The notes below the pieces were generated by a model. The model saw nothing but the letters and a program-made list of their open reading frames with translations, was not told where the DNA came from and ran no database searches. Shown piece after piece: positions 10,445-23,999 of a stretch of DNA of 64,000 nt. Location: contig NW_024704743.1 of NCBI RefSeq assembly GCF_018977255.1, forward strand, positions 26,846,001 through 26,910,000. The letters are read 5' to 3'. Positions within the stretch are counted from its first letter, which is position 1. The number at the start of each line of letters is the position of its first letter. The DNA comes from Callorhinchus milii (Eukaryota). Made by a program: the position numbers and the translations under genes.

Positions 10445-13030
10445 ACAACAACAACATGCATTTATATAGTACCCTCCACTTATATAGCGTAGCATCTCAG
10501 AGCACTTAACAGTGACGGAGCCTGACTCCGAGCTGGTGGGGCGGGGTGAAAGTGGTCGTAAACATGGTAGGTCAGGGACCGTATGTGGGGGAGGAAGGAC
10601 AGCTGGGAGTCGAACTGGATGCCTAGATTGCACACTGGTTCAGTGAGTGTGAGGGAGAGCTCGGGGGGGTTGAGGAGTTCAGATCTGCAATAGTGAAGCT
10701 GTTGACGGGAGCCAAGGACCATGGCTTCTGTCTGTTCACTTTCAGCTGCAGGAAGCTTGCACTCATGCAGGCCTTGATGCCTGCCAAACAAGCTGATAGA
10801 ACAATGGCGGAGCTGGAGTTGGTACTGGAGGAGGCAAAGTAGATCTGTGTGTTACCTGCATACATGTGGAAGTTTACCTCGTGTCTGCGGATGACCCAAA
10901 GGAAGCATATAGATAAGGAAAAGAAGAGCGCCAAGGATGGAGCCCCGCATGTGACTGAGTTGGGCTGGGAGAAGAAAGTAGGACTCAAACCATGTGAGTG
11001 CAGTCCCACTAAGGTGGATGAGGGAAGAGAGGCAATGGAGGAGGATGGTGTGGTCGACTGTGTTAAACGCGGCAGAGAGATCCTGGAGGCAGAGGGAGCC
11101 TTGGTCACAGATAGAGAGGATATCATTTGTGAATTTGACAAGTGCTGTCTCTGTGCTGTAGGCAGGGAGAGAACCAGACCTCAGGGGCTTGAGGAGGGAA
11201 TGGATGGTGGGATGTGACCAAAGTTGACCTGCAACAATGTATTTCAGGAATTTTGCAAGGAAGAGTAGGTTGGAAATAGGATGGTAGTGAGAGAGATTAG
11301 AGGGATGGAGGGTGGGTTCATTGAGGAGGGGTTTGATAACAACAGTTTTCAGTGGGAGTGGAACAAAGCCTGAAGGGAGTGACTGGTTGGCCATGTCGGC
11401 CAACAGTGGAGAGAGGAGAGGAAGTTGAGTGACCAGCAGTTGGGTGGGGAGGGGTTTGAGGTAGCAGGTGGTGAACTTCATCCAGGTGACTATGGTTAAG
11501 AGGGAGGAGGGAGTAATGGGCAAAGGAGAGGAGGGGGTGGCAGGAGGCGTGACGAAGGGAGAAATCGTTGTGGATGGTCTGAGTGAGATGGAAGGGGACA
11601 TGTGGGGGGAGGACAATGCAGCCAGGGGGACGTCTTCAATCTTTGAGGCGAAGACGTCTAGGACTACTTTGCACTTGGGGTTTGATGTGAGGATCGAGAG
11701 GACTTGAGGAATTGCACGGAGGAGTTGATGGACAATCGAAAACATTGTCTTTGGAGTTTTGGTTGCCTCCTGGATGACTTTGGAGTAAAGTCAGTTTTGT
11801 CCTGTGAATGGGAGATGGGGTAGGTGCAGAGGTACTCGAGCCACAGCTGGTGGTGATTCGTGAGGCCGGATTTCTGCCTCTGCACTCAAGCATCCAGATT
11901 TGTATTTTGAGTGAGTGGAGATGACTTTTGTATTAGGGGGAGTGGGTAGGTTTGGAAATAAGCTTGGATTTCAGGGGAGACAGGGAATTGAAGTTTGTGG
12001 AGAGACTGTCATTCAGCGGCTTGATGGCTGCATCAGGATCACTGCAGGTGGAGGGAAAGAGGGGGAGGTGGTCTGAGGAAAATAGAGCATTTGTGAGGGA
12101 CACAGGGGGAAGATTTCTCCTGTGGTAGAAAAAAATGGTGGAGGGCTTGGTAGATGGGAGTGGGATGTGGGAGGAGAAGGAGATGAGGAAGTGGTTTGAG
12201 ATGGCCTTGTCCATGATTGACAAGTCAGAAATGTCAAGGCCAAGTGTGATGATGAGTTCGAGGGAATGGCCACAGTTGTGGGTCGGCGAGTCGATGTGTG
12301 GTGGTGTCGAGGTTTAGGGAGGAGAGGAGGTCAGTGAAATTCGAGGAGGTTGTACAAGGGGAGTTCAGGTGGAGGTTGAAATTACCCATTATGCAGTTGT
12401 TCAGTGCAGAGAGACAGGGATTAGAGAAGAGAAGAGCTATCAGTGAGAATTGAGCCAGGAAGTTTTGGGGGGGCGGTAAACTAGGAGGATTTTGAGGGAG
12501 AGCGTGGAGGGATGGTAGATGGTGAGATTCTCAAAGGAGGTGAATAGCCAGAGGAATAGGGAAATAGACCTAGGGAAGCTTGGGAGACGAGGGCCACCCC
12601 TCCGCCACTTTGGGGGTGTGGTGAAAGTGTCGCCAGGATGGGAGGCTTCAACAAGTGGGATGGGGGAGAGCCAGGTTTCTGTAAGCCCAATAATATTAAT
12701 GTGCCCATGACAGTGAGGGCTTTATTAAAGAGGGAGCAGACATTTTGGAGGGAAAAGCAGATAGCTTTGCTGGTGTGGTGGGATGGAGGAGAGAGTGGTA
12801 TAGAAAGAATTTGGGGTCATGGGGGAGAAATGACCTTGGAGTTTGAGGAGCAGGAAGATTTGGGGAGGGTATAGGTGAAGGAGGGGGAAGGTGTGTTTGC
12901 CTTTCCGAGCGGGTTTATGTGGAGAGATTGAGCAATGGGATAGTTGAGGTGGCTGCTTTGGGACAGGAGCAGACGAATCTTTGCCTCGCCGGTCACTCAC
13001 CACCGTCGACCCATGGCCTCGGTGGTCTCT
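10445..13030 (-). mobile_element. L2 LINE, long degenerate ORF2 (APE endonuclease + RT) with internally deleted 3' part
   Basis: EN motifs QSGGGVALV, MGNFNLHLN and ISNHFL; RT motifs YHPISNL, STETAL, DLSAAFNTVDH and HMYAGNTQIY; (TTG)n tail at ~10445; multiple frameshifts. Confidence 0.9.
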
Positions 13031-13039
13031 CACACCCGT

Positions 13040-13215
13040 TGAATAGGCGTGAGATTTGAAAGGACCTCTGTTTAATGTCTCATCGAAAAGCCAGCATCTC
13101 TGATAGTCAAAGTACTGTACTGAAGAGTCAGCCTAGACTATAAGCCCAAGTCCTGACACAAGCGTTTGACTGCACTATTCTGACCCAAAGGCAAGAGTCC
13201 TACTAACTGGGTCCA
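13040..13215 (-). mobile_element. Old SINE 5' half
   Basis: Reverse complement gives a tRNA head and 'gtctaggctgac..cagtacagtac..cgatgagacattaaacagaggtcc'. Confidence 0.65.
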
Positions 13216-13529
13216 TTGATAGCCATACTATTTATATTATCTGTATGTAAGCTGAGGTTTGGAAGCAGCTGGGTTGCCTATTGTGTGGCATTATCCTTCA
13301 GGCCACTGAACATGCACTGGTGAATAGAGATAGGTAGGTTTTGTTGTTTGTTATGGCACGATTCCAGCTTCAACTGCAATACTGTGACAGCACTGGACTC
13401 TGCAATGGGAGATCAGAGCTTGATTTAACTGAAGCATATTGCAAATTTTGCCCTGAACTTTTGACATATGTTTGACCCAGGATTTGGAGTGTAACATTGC
13501 CATCAGTGGCTTCCCAGGTAGGGAAATCT

Positions 13530-13843
13530 TAGGCAAATTTCCTTATTCCACACACCTCTGTTTACCTAGCAGTAAGTAGGAACCCAGTTGTTAGTTGATT
13601 GATGGATCACTTTTCCGGGGGTAATAATCTCTCCCAAAAAAAGAGAGAAATAAAAAATAATAATTTAGTCACTCAATTCATGACTGTTTGTGGCACACTG
13701 TTGTGCACAAGTGGCTGCTGTATTTCGTCCACAAAAATATACAGTCAATTCAAGTTACACTATATTTTGTGAAGTGCTTTGAGACATCTCAATAACATGA
13801 TAAGGCACTCTATCAAAAGCAAGCATTATTATTATTATTATTA
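13530..13843 (+). mobile_element. Deu SINE long form, 5'-truncated
   Basis: Matches 7905-8213, including the extra segment and the (TTA)n tail. Confidence 0.85.
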
Positions 13844-15155
13844 TGAATGTCAATAGACCTGACACAAAAAAACCTGCAATTACAAAAACAAGCCATGGTT
13901 TAATCCTACTTAGCTGTGATCAATATACATTTATTTTTAACTTGCTGTTGTTTTTGCTTTATGCGTATCGATATATGTTCAGGTGTAGGATGATGATCAA
14001 TGAAAAATATTTCACCTTTGCATTACTTTACGAGTTGCAAGTGTTTGCAGTTTAAACATTGCACAAGTCAGAGACAGTACGTTGCTGGTTTTACCTTATA
14101 TTATTAATGATTTTCAATCTCAGTGCCTCAGAAGCCCAGCCTGCTGCACAGATTGACAGATCAGTGGCCTCAATTCCAGCACTAATTATTTTCGTTGGTG
14201 TGAATTGCTGAGTTAATCCAGTACATCTGCATGCCTCAAATAGCCTGTGACACTATACACTTGTTTCACTGGTGCTCACTAACATTCACATTGGGATAGG
14301 AAGAATTTCATCCATTGTACACAAGTTGGTTTGAAAACTATGTCTTTTACTTGGTCAGGCTGTTTCCACAAAGTGAGTCTGTTCCACTCCAGCATTGGTT
14401 TGGGACTATTAATTCAATATACAGATGGAGGCAACATTCATACCTTCATCTACAACGAGCAGTAAACTATTTGAGTTTAGACTTTGATGTCTGTTGGAGT
14501 ACTTCTATGGCACAATTCCAAATTTATAATAACCCCAGAAAACCTTCATCTTTTGAGAGCAGGAGATTGAGTACCATCCACTCTTGGAGGCGTGCATAAA
14601 GATACCTTGAGAGCAACCTTTAACCTTTGGCGCAGCATTTTTTTCCAAATTATCTAGTGATCAAAGAGCTACTTAAGAAAGCTCTCAAAAGCCCATTACC
14701 CCTCTTAAATTACACAAAACCTCTGATTTTGAAAGCTTTTGCTGAAACGTAGCCATAGACCACATTTTGTATCCAAGGCATTTGAATTATTAAATTCTGT
14801 TTGGGAAAGATAACAAAGGGACCCCAAGGAGTATGGAGAAAGGATCTGGATGGGGGAATGGAAGCGAAATGTAACAACATAAGCTTAGTGCACAGGCTAC
14901 AATAAGAGCGCCTGGGGTAATAATACCATTTGTACTTGCTGAAGTGTAAAAGGTTACAGCATGCATTACTCTGAATAGGTAACTAGAGTGCAAATTGGAT
15001 ACGAGAGAGACTGGCAGTGCTGTTGGGAAGCAGAAATAAATATAATACACAACAGAGAAAAGCTACAGTAGCATCATTAACAGTATGTAAAGCTGTGCTG
15101 GGTTAATGTGCATGCAATGCTGGACTTAGATTCATAACATTTAAGGCCCTGCATA

Positions 15156-15610
15156 CAACAACAACAAGATTTCATTTATAGAGCGCCTTTCACGTCGGGA
15201 GGACGTCCCAAGGCGCTGGACAGTTGGGTCGGGACCTGAGCAGGGGGGAAATGGTCAGGGTGAGGGGAGGGAAGGGAGGGAGCGAGCAGGGGGTAGAGAG
15301 TCAAGAGGAGAGCTGAAGGCACGGTAACAGAGAAAGGTTTTGAGACCAGCCTTGAAGGAGGAAAGGGAGGAAGCAAGGCAAAGGCACTGGGGGACGGAGT
15401 TCCAGAGCCTAGAGGCTGAGAGGCTGAAAGCCCGGCCATCGATGGTAGGGCGGTTGGGGCGGGGGATGTGGAGCAGACCGGAGCCAGAGGAACGGAGGGT
15501 ATGGGCAGGTAAGTAGAAGGATAGTAGGTCGGAGAGGTAGGAGGGAGCAAGGCCTTGAATGGCCTTGTAGGTGAGAATGAGAATCTTGAATTCGATCCTC
15601 TGGGGGATGG
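15156..15610 (-). mobile_element. Young 5'-truncated L2 with 5-bp TSD GCATA
   Basis: ORF2 C-terminus PIPQRIEFKILILTYKA..FKAGLKTFL; (TTG)n tail; GCATA at 15151-15155 and 15611-15615; near-identical to 44410-44857. Confidence 0.92.
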
Positions 15611-16649
15611 GCATAGAGGGGCTAGCATATTTTCCAAACGTGGCTTATTCTAGCGCATTCTTATAATAACTACAATAAAAATTACAATATTTCTTTATTT
15701 TGCTGTAGACATTTGTGACACTTATTAAGACTGTTACAGAACATATTTGTGTAAACGCGTTTGTGCCTGTAGTTTATCCCGAAAAATAAAACAGACAGGA
15801 ATTGCAAATGGATTTGGTTAGATATTAAATGAGGTGTACATTAGTCACCTCCAATGAATGCTCGCAGCCTGGAAGTAACAGATCCACAGAGCACAAAACA
15901 ATTGAGTGGGACTGTGCTTTTTCACTTATTTGAGCATGCATGGGCCTAGAAATGATCAAACCAATACTTTTCCCTTAGAAAAGACAAGTCTTAATATCAC
16001 CTTCCACTGTTCAAGACAGTCTGTCACAGTTGAATCATTAATAAATGAAAGATACTGTTTGCGTACTAGAAAATACATCCATGGCTTGTTCAAGATTCAC
16101 TTTCAATAATGGCCTGAATCACTTACCTTGATATCTGTGATATGTTTGAACCTGCAAGCCTTATTATATCAAGCATTTGGAATCATTCAACTTATCTTTC
16201 ACATATGTCTCGTAACCTGAAAATTTAATTACATCTGTATTGTCTGTTAAATGTGAGTCGTTTTTTAATGAAATGAGTACCAGTGTAAAACGGGAAATGT
16301 TATAGCCTGTAAAGCTGTGCTATAATTGCTGTAATAATAGTTTAAACTAACAGCAATGCTTTACCTAATATCACTATTGCTATGCTCAGTGGGAAATACA
16401 TTGACATAATAGCTGCAGTTCAGGAGACATAGGATTGTGTTAATTATGAAATGGTAATGAAATTCTGAGCTCAATTAACTCAAAATATTTGAATGACTGA
16501 CTTGGTCTGTAATTCATTGTAATCAGAATAACATTTTAGACACTAGCCCCATATAGTAACACTCTTTCCTGTATTGCTCACCTCTTAGAAGGAATTGTCA
16601 TAGGTGGGAGTACTGGGAAGCAGAAGGTAGAGATTGTTCCATTCATATA

Positions 16650-17125
16650 ATAATCATCCTTGGATTTGATATAATGCAATATTTTGCTTACTCATGTCAT
16701 CCAGATGTGTCAAAGCGCCTCATAAGATTTTACCATGAAGTGTAGTGACTGTTTATTTATAGGCCAACACGGCAATGTTCAACAAGGAGCCATAAAGAGA
16801 ATGATCAATTTTCCTGAGAATAATAATTATGTAAATTACGTAAGTTATTATTAATGATTTTGTGATAATGGAATAATGATTTTATTATGTTGGCCAGGAG
16901 CACTTTCATAAAGTGTTTTTCTAAGTTATGGGACCTTTAACACCTGAACAGGCAAAGGTGGACCTCAATTTAAAATCCCATTGGAAGTACGGCAAATGCA
17001 ACAACACAGCAATACCCCAGCACCACACTGGAGTGTCAGTCAATGAATTGCAAATCCCAAAGTGGAGCTTGAACCCACAACCTTCTGATTCAATGATGAG
17101 AGCGTTATCGACTGAGCTCAGTTGT
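16650..17125 (-). mobile_element. Old Deu-domain SINE, diverged
   Basis: Head at ~17120 (ctgagctcagtcgataacgc..), tail 'aatccaaggatgattattat' at ~16650. Confidence 0.65.
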
Positions 17126-17602
17126 ATTATCTTAAATGAGCTGTTATTAACAATTAATTATATTTTCCTGTTAAAGCTGTCAATTATATTAGTATGTCTC
17201 AAGCACGTACGATGGTCACAAATGAAACCTAAACAAAAATAACATGTCACCACACTTTTCAGTGTATCCTGTGCAGCACTTTGAGGCGTCCTCCTGTCGT
17301 GAAAGGCACTATATCAAACATAGTCAATTCACTTTACAGTATATTCTGAGATGCACATTGAGATGACTCAAAGATGTGATAAGCGCTACATCAAATGCAA
17401 GGATATTTATTATGAGATTTTTTATGATTTATTAAAAATAACCACTGTAAGTTTCCAATTTTCATCACTTCTTTTACAGTCATTTTATTTTTGAAACAAA
17501 TTATATTTCGCCATGCTTAATAAAGTTTGATTTAAACTTTCAGATAAGTTTTTGAGCTGTTAATATTAGGAATGTCTGTGCTTGGAAATGGAACACAGTG
17601 TC

Positions 17603-18178
17603 AGGAATAGGAATTAGGAGCAGGAGTAGGCCATTCAGCCCCTCAAGCCTGCCCTGCCATTCAATAAGATCATGGCTGATCTTCTCACCTAACTCCATCT
17701 GCCCGCCTTATTCCCATATCCCTTAATACCTCTATCCTTTAGAAATCTATCAATCTCAGTCATGAATATGTTCAAGGACTGAGCATCTGCAGCCTTCTGG
17801 GATAGAGAATCCCATAAATTCACTTACCTCTGAGTGAAGAAGTGTTTCCTCAACTCTCACACTGTCTCACACTGTCTACCCTGTCAAGCCCCATAAGGAT
17901 CTTATATGTTTCTATAAGATCACCCCTAATTCTTCTATATTGTAGAGAACATAGGCCTAGTTTACTCAACCTATCCTCATAGGTCAACACCCTCATCCCA
18001 AGAACTAACCTAGGGAATCTCCGCTGTACCCCCTCTAAGGTGAGTATGTCCTTTCTTAAATAAGGAGACCAAAACTGCACACAATATTCTAGGTGCGGTC
18101 TCACCAAGGCCTTATACAACTGCAGCAAGACTTCCCTATTCTTGTATTCAAACCCTTTTGCAATAAACACCAACATTG
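17603..18178 (-). mobile_element. CR1 ORF2 C-terminus and 3' end
   Basis: [47 protein letters not shown]; 3' end 'gggctgaatggcctactcctgctcctaattcctattcct'. Confidence 0.92.
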
Positions 18179-18179
18179 T

Positions 18180-18763
18180 CTGCACTGTCAGCATTGTCTG
18201 TCTCTGACCCTGTCTCACACCTAATGCCACCAAATCCCTCATCCACACGTTTATTATCTTTAGCCTTGGTTTCTCAAATGATCTCCTTGCTGGTCTCTCC
18301 AGTTGCACCAATCACAAGGGCCAACTAATATAAAACTCCGCCAACTGTATCCTCAAAAGCACCAAACTCTGCATGACCATCACGCCAAATCTGGCCAGGC
18401 TCCACTGGCTCCCTTTCTCTGAGCAGATTGACTTCAATATCCTCACTCTCACATACATTTCCTCATGCCGTAGCACCTCCCTAGCTCTCTGACCTGCATG
18501 CACGCCACTCACCCTGCTCCACATCCCCCGACCTCTCCATGCCACCATAGGTGTCTGTGTCTGCAACCACTATGCCCCAATCCTCTGGAACCCCCTGCCG
18601 CAATCCCTCAGCCTCATCTCTTTATTTAGAATATGTACCATGTCAACTAGCGTCTATGGTCTCTTCCAACTTCTCTTTTATTCAGTAATCCATCCCTACC
18701 ACAGTGCAGCACTCTGGAATGCTTTCCTGCATGAAGGGCACTACCTAAATGCAAGTTATTGTT
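18180..18763 (+). mobile_element. L2 3' fragment, diverged
   Basis: 'ctccactggctccc..agattgacttcaatatcctc' (LHWLP..IDFKIL region) and tail 'aaatgcaagttattgttg'. Confidence 0.75.
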
Positions 18764-19489
18764 GAACCCAATTATACATACCATATACAGCCAGTGAGTC
18801 TGCCTAGATCTGCCTGACCAGAGACAATATCAAAACAACATCAAAATAGAATCATTTACGTGGTAAAAAAGAATTTCAAGGCTACCTAAACAGATGAAAA
18901 ATAGCAAGACCAAGATTTGTAGTAACTGAATAGTTCAAATGACCTAAATGCTAAGGACCATTACTTTAAAAGTTGTAAGGAAACATAACAAGTACAACAG
19001 GAGCACAATGACTGTCACAGATTATTTTTTTCCATTTGTGTGGTGTCTGTGTGGGAAGAGATTGTAGCAATTTGTTATCTTTGTAAAATGTTTACGCTGA
19101 ACAGCACAATGTGCAGCTCAATGTGCGCTAACACATTCAGTGGGAATTAGATAGCTATTTGGTGAACAAATCAATTGTGGGGATGAGAGACAGGAAATGT
19201 TACGTTATTTCTCTTTTTTCACTCTGGACTGAGCCAGATAAACTGCAGTGGTCTTTCTGGGTGTTATGTCCCTATGACTGACTGTTTCTGCTAGTTACCA
19301 CAGGGCTACTGTTGCTTGGTGATCTTTTAATGTAATGAGAAATGCTCTTCACAAGAAAATCCTTTTGATGTATTGATGGTCAATTCTATTGAAACATCTA
19401 ATCTGTTTTCTTTGTTCATGTTCTGTATGACAATTTTTCTTTCTCTGAGAAGTACTTTAATATTTAAATGTTGCCAATAGGTTGACCTC

Positions 19490-19762
19490 CAGACCTCTCC
19501 TCCCGATCATCAGTGGGCCTTTAGCCATTCTGCACACACTCTCTGGAATTCCATTCCGGAGTCCATCCATTTTGCCACACTTCCCACTCCTTCCCCGCCT
19601 TCAAAAGACCTATCTCTTTGATCATACATTCAGCGACTTTCTTTGCCCCATTACTCCTTAGATCTTCCCCAAGCTCAGGTTGAAGGGCATTTGTGTAAAG
19701 TGCTCTGAGATATCCCCCGATGTGAAAGTTGCTATATAAATGTATATTGTTATTGTTGTTCA
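19490..19762 (+). mobile_element. L2 3' end fragment
   Basis: 'ctctggaattcc..ccttcaaaagacctatctctttg..gtgaaagttgctatataaatg..ttgttattgttgtt'. Confidence 0.75.
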
Positions 19763-22365
19763 ATAGTTAGAAATAAAGTGAATCTCTTGATTGAGGTTGG
19801 ATTGATGCCTAAGGGAAAACCCGTCTCTCTGACTATAAATGAAGGGTTGTTGTTCTAATACAATGCAATGTGAAGTGGTATGCGAAGTAAGGGAGAAGCA
19901 GAAACTGCAGTGCAAAATGAAGGAGCAGCGAATTGTTTAATTTTACAGGACGGAAATTGTAGTCAGTCAAGGTTACTCATTGAATCAAGTACTATTGTAC
20001 AGTATTTGTTTTGTTTTGCTCACATCTTATCCTCATTTCCAAAGTGAAGATCTAATTTAAGCTACTTATCTGTCAATTTCTGAGTTTCTACAAAGACCNA
20101 AAAAAGAAATTCAGCCTTTTGGTTACAGATCAGTTCTCAAGCTAGACTACGGATAAATTTACAAAGGGATTAACACAGACATGAGTCCTATTAATCATAT
20201 AGGATTAATGGGCTACAGCAGCATGCATGTCAGCCTGGATCTGCCTGACAGAGACAATATCATAACAATGACAAAAGAGAGTTATACACTTGCCAATTTA
20301 CATATCACAGGAAAAGTTTAGATGAAGAAGGTCCTTTGGCCCATTTGATTTCATCCTTGTAGAATGAACACCTCAACATCCTCCCATCACTGCAACACAC
20401 TGTTTCTTAAATCCAGTGACTGTTGAAGTAACTAAAATGTCCAAAAGTCAAAGAGGTTGGTCTGGAGACAGACCTTGAACAAGGTGAGGGAGGGAGCAAC
20501 TCAAAGAGACTCTGGATGGAGTTCCAGAGTTTCAAAGCTGCATTAAACCTTTGTGGGCCTGGTCCCAAAAAGATTCATGAGCCCCCATTTATTTTGTTCG
20601 CTACGTATAAGTAATGGACTCAGTGACAGACTGACTCCCTGCAAGGACTTGGGATTGTGAGATAAAATAGCACTTTGAAATGTCTCGAAGTTGTGCTAAA
20701 GTGCTACATCAAATGCAAGGATTATTATTGTTAATCCGCCACTGGTGGGGAGCAGGGGCAGAATGGCTGAAAGCAGGTCAGTGTCCTCTGAACAAATGCT
20801 GCAAATTTACCCCACAACCTGTTAAATCAGTTTCCAGCCAATAAAGAATCAACTTGTTTTGGGGGGGATGGGGCTAAAGGATAATTGTACCCATATTCGA
20901 AACAGATGGTGGGAGAAGGTAAAGTACCTGTAACAGTTTAACTTACCAAAGTGCTCCGGGACACTATTCTGTTTGAAGGGCACTGTGTAAATGCAAGTTG
21001 TTGTTGTTGTTGCCAAATTATTAAATTTCTGCACTGCTGATGGAACTCTCGCTGACCAGTGTGTTTCCAAGTTTGAATGAGATGTTGCTTTCCTTGCGGA
21101 TTTGGATCCAATGTGGATCAATTCGGGATCAATTTCCAATGTGCAGATTTTGCAACCTTCATGATGCTTTTACTCACTTTCTCTCTAGTATGAATTTTCG
21201 TCCTACAATTTGTAGCTCAAGTATTTGTAGCCTAAATTGTGATTTTGTTTTTCTCTCCGAGTTGTTTGGTGAGCTTTTTTGCCTTGGTTACTGTCAGCTA
21301 GAAATTAATCACCTTCATTAGCAAAGATCATTTGAGTTATTTTCAGTTATTGGACTGTTAAATTTGCAATTATTACATGTATTTCCAGTGAGTGGATTTT
21401 CTTATTACTGGCAGTAAATCGATGCACAGAAATGTCATTCTAACATTTGGATAGTAACTTCACATAGTGGATGGAAAATGTGATGTGATGATTATCATGT
21501 TGTGGGACACATTGCTCCTAGAGAAGTTTCAGTTGATAAGTGCTACAGGTGGTAAAAATTAGAGCACTTGTCTCGCATGCGATACGACTTGGATCCGATT
21601 CCCAGGCAGGGCGAAACCTTAAGAAAGTCTGTCTTGAAATTGCTCTTTATAACTCTAAAACTGTAGGTAACCTTTATTTGGACCAGTGGTTGGCTGATTT
21701 TATTTAATCCCGAATCAGTGGGTTAAATTACAAATGTGAAATGTATACTTTTCTTACTATTATCTCAATAAAAAGCCAGAGAACTATGGTAAACAGCCAC
21801 AGCATCAGCACCCTCTCCTGCTAGCTGGAAGATACACCTTACTTGAAAGTCTTTTCATTCAAGGCTGTCAAATTCCTTCTCATACAGTCTTTCCTTTTAT
21901 GACTAATAAGAATTTTGAAAAAAATCTCAAACATTTCATTAATATTCATTAAACCAGAGTGTTTGTAGCACATTTTCATGTGATAGGAAACCAGTGGAAC
22001 AGTAAAATGGGACCTTTTCATGCTAAAACTCTATGAATATATAAGTAGTGACACTGCCTAAGCTCACAGAAGACTGAAACCCTTTGTATGACAGGAATAG
22101 AGATGTGGCTTTCTTGTATACAATAAAAAAAAGCATCTGTTTTCTGACTGATGGCTGTAAGGTTCCTAAGTGTAAGCCATTTGTGTAGTTTCAGTCCAGT
22201 TTCTACTGGGCATGAGTCCATAGCATAAATTGACACAGAATTATCAGTGCTCCTCAGTGGTACCACAAGAAAATCGTATGCAGGAAATGGAAATCAGTAC
22301 GAGTTGTTCTTTTGAGAATGAGGTTAAGTTACATCAAGTTACAGTATTTTGCTCTGTACACTCCA

Positions 22366-22564
22366 CGGAGCACATTTGCTGATGTGGGCTCTGTGTTATT
22401 CTCCTCCATTTGCAAATTTGCCCCTGAGTGTTTCTAAACAAAGATAATTCAATGCAGTGTTAAAAGTGTAAATAGCATGATTATGAAGTAAAATTAAATA
22501 ACGATATGCAACACCTCGCAAATGGAGCAGAATAAGGCTTAGCCCAAATCAACACATTTACTAC
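22366..22564. repeat. Imperfect inverted repeat (arms ~22377-22415 / 22516-22554), MITE-like
   Basis: TGCTGATGTGGGCT..TTATTCTCCTCCATTTGC matches the reverse complement TGTTGATTTGGGCT..TTATTCTGCTCCATTTGC. Confidence 0.6.
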
Positions 22565-23194
22565 AAGGACCAGGAAATCAGGAGTGTGTGTCACTGTGTA
22601 GTTATTTTCCAATTGTAATCTAATTTTAATACCATTTTCTAACATGTTAATAATACACTATATTAACAAGCTAATTATCCACATTAACTGGGCCCGACCC
22701 TTTTATGGATAAGCAGGTAGTGCAGATAATTAGACATTACGCAAAATACAAGTTGGCTAGAGGACTGCCTAAATATTGTTCTATCAGGAAATATAACATA
22801 ACTGTTATATTGCATATCACCCTGTGTCAGCCCTTCTCTCGCAACCACTTTAAATCTACCCTTTCTCTCTAATCCCTCTCTCTCTTTACTTTCATTTTTT
22901 TGTCATTCAGTCCTTGTCGCAGTCTGAGACTCTCATTATCTGTCTGAATCTCTAATTTTCTCTCGCTCTCTCAGAGTCTCTAACTTTCTATTTCTACAAT
23001 ATATTTTTTCTGTAATCCTAAACTGTGTACTGTAAAAGTATAAAGACTACCTTCATGAACAAATCCTACTGGTGTGCATGTGTAAAGTTGCAGCATAAAT
23101 TTGCACAAGGTTTCTTATATCAGGGATCAGCATGTTCTTAGAAATCTACATAAGTGCTCCGAGCTGTAGTGAATTTTAGAAGACTTGTACTTTA

Positions 23195-23625
23195 TCGGTT
23201 TGGCTCAGTTAATGAGACTTGTGCTTCTTAGTCAGAAGGTTGTGGGTTCATGGCTCACATTAGGACTGGAGCTCATAGTCTGATCTGGCATGTTACCACA
23301 GTACCGGCTACTTACTTTTGTTCAACAAATACTGATCTGCTTCAAATCTCTGCCCTATCCATCCCACTGTCAGCAGACAGGCTTTTAGCCATTGTGCCTT
23401 CACACTCTGGAACTCCATCATAGAGTCCCTCCAATTCTCTCCTTCACTCCCTTACTCTTCTTGTTCAATGTCCATTGCAGTGTGCAAATTAATTGCCATG
23501 TTCACGCACAAAAACAGTCACTGCAATAATTAGTAAAATAAATCCTGTGAAGTGCTTGGGAATATTTTGATGAGGTGGTAAGAAACCAAATCACTATATC
23601 AAATACAAGGATCATAATAATATTT
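23195..23625 (+). mobile_element. Old SINE interrupted by an L2 fragment (~23340-23460)
   Basis: Head 'ggctcagttaatgagacttgtgc..agtcagaaggttgtgggttca', L2 'ctctggaactcc', Deu core and tail. Confidence 0.6.
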
Positions 23626-23784
23626 TTTACATTTGGCAGATGGCCTTTAGTAACCATTAGGATAAACTGGAATCAAAATCAGGCACAAACAGATTAAAGA
23701 AGCTTACAACATGTTGACGTTTGTCACATTGAGGGTTGTGTACAGGAACTATTATATTTTGCCCATTGTTTTAATTTTTAAAAA

Positions 23785-23891
23785 ATATATATTAACATTC
23801 TTCCTAATATGAATAAATTCCCCCAACCCTATGAACAACTGTCATGCGGTTGAGGGAATTAATTCACGTTAGGAAGAGTGTTAACATATAT
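23785..23891. repeat. 107-nt near-perfect palindrome (50-bp arms, 42/50 complementary, 7-nt loop)
   Basis: Arms 23785-23834 and 23842-23891 counted by hand. Confidence 0.9.
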
Positions 23892-23999
23892 TAAAAATAG
23901 CTTTGCACCAATACAAGCTAACATCTTTAGAGATGTTGTTTTGACTTTTAGATAAATGCAATCCAGCTGCATACTTGGTACGTGACTACTTTCTTGCCT

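Noticed and set aside
20099-20099. Ambiguous base n
   Set aside because: Assembly ambiguity, not a biological feature
22655-22740. Tigger-like terminal motif (aattatcc..ggataa..gataatt)
   Set aside because: Too degenerate and no matching second end was found
22850-23010. CT-rich tract
   Set aside because: Low-complexity sequence with no downstream exon supported
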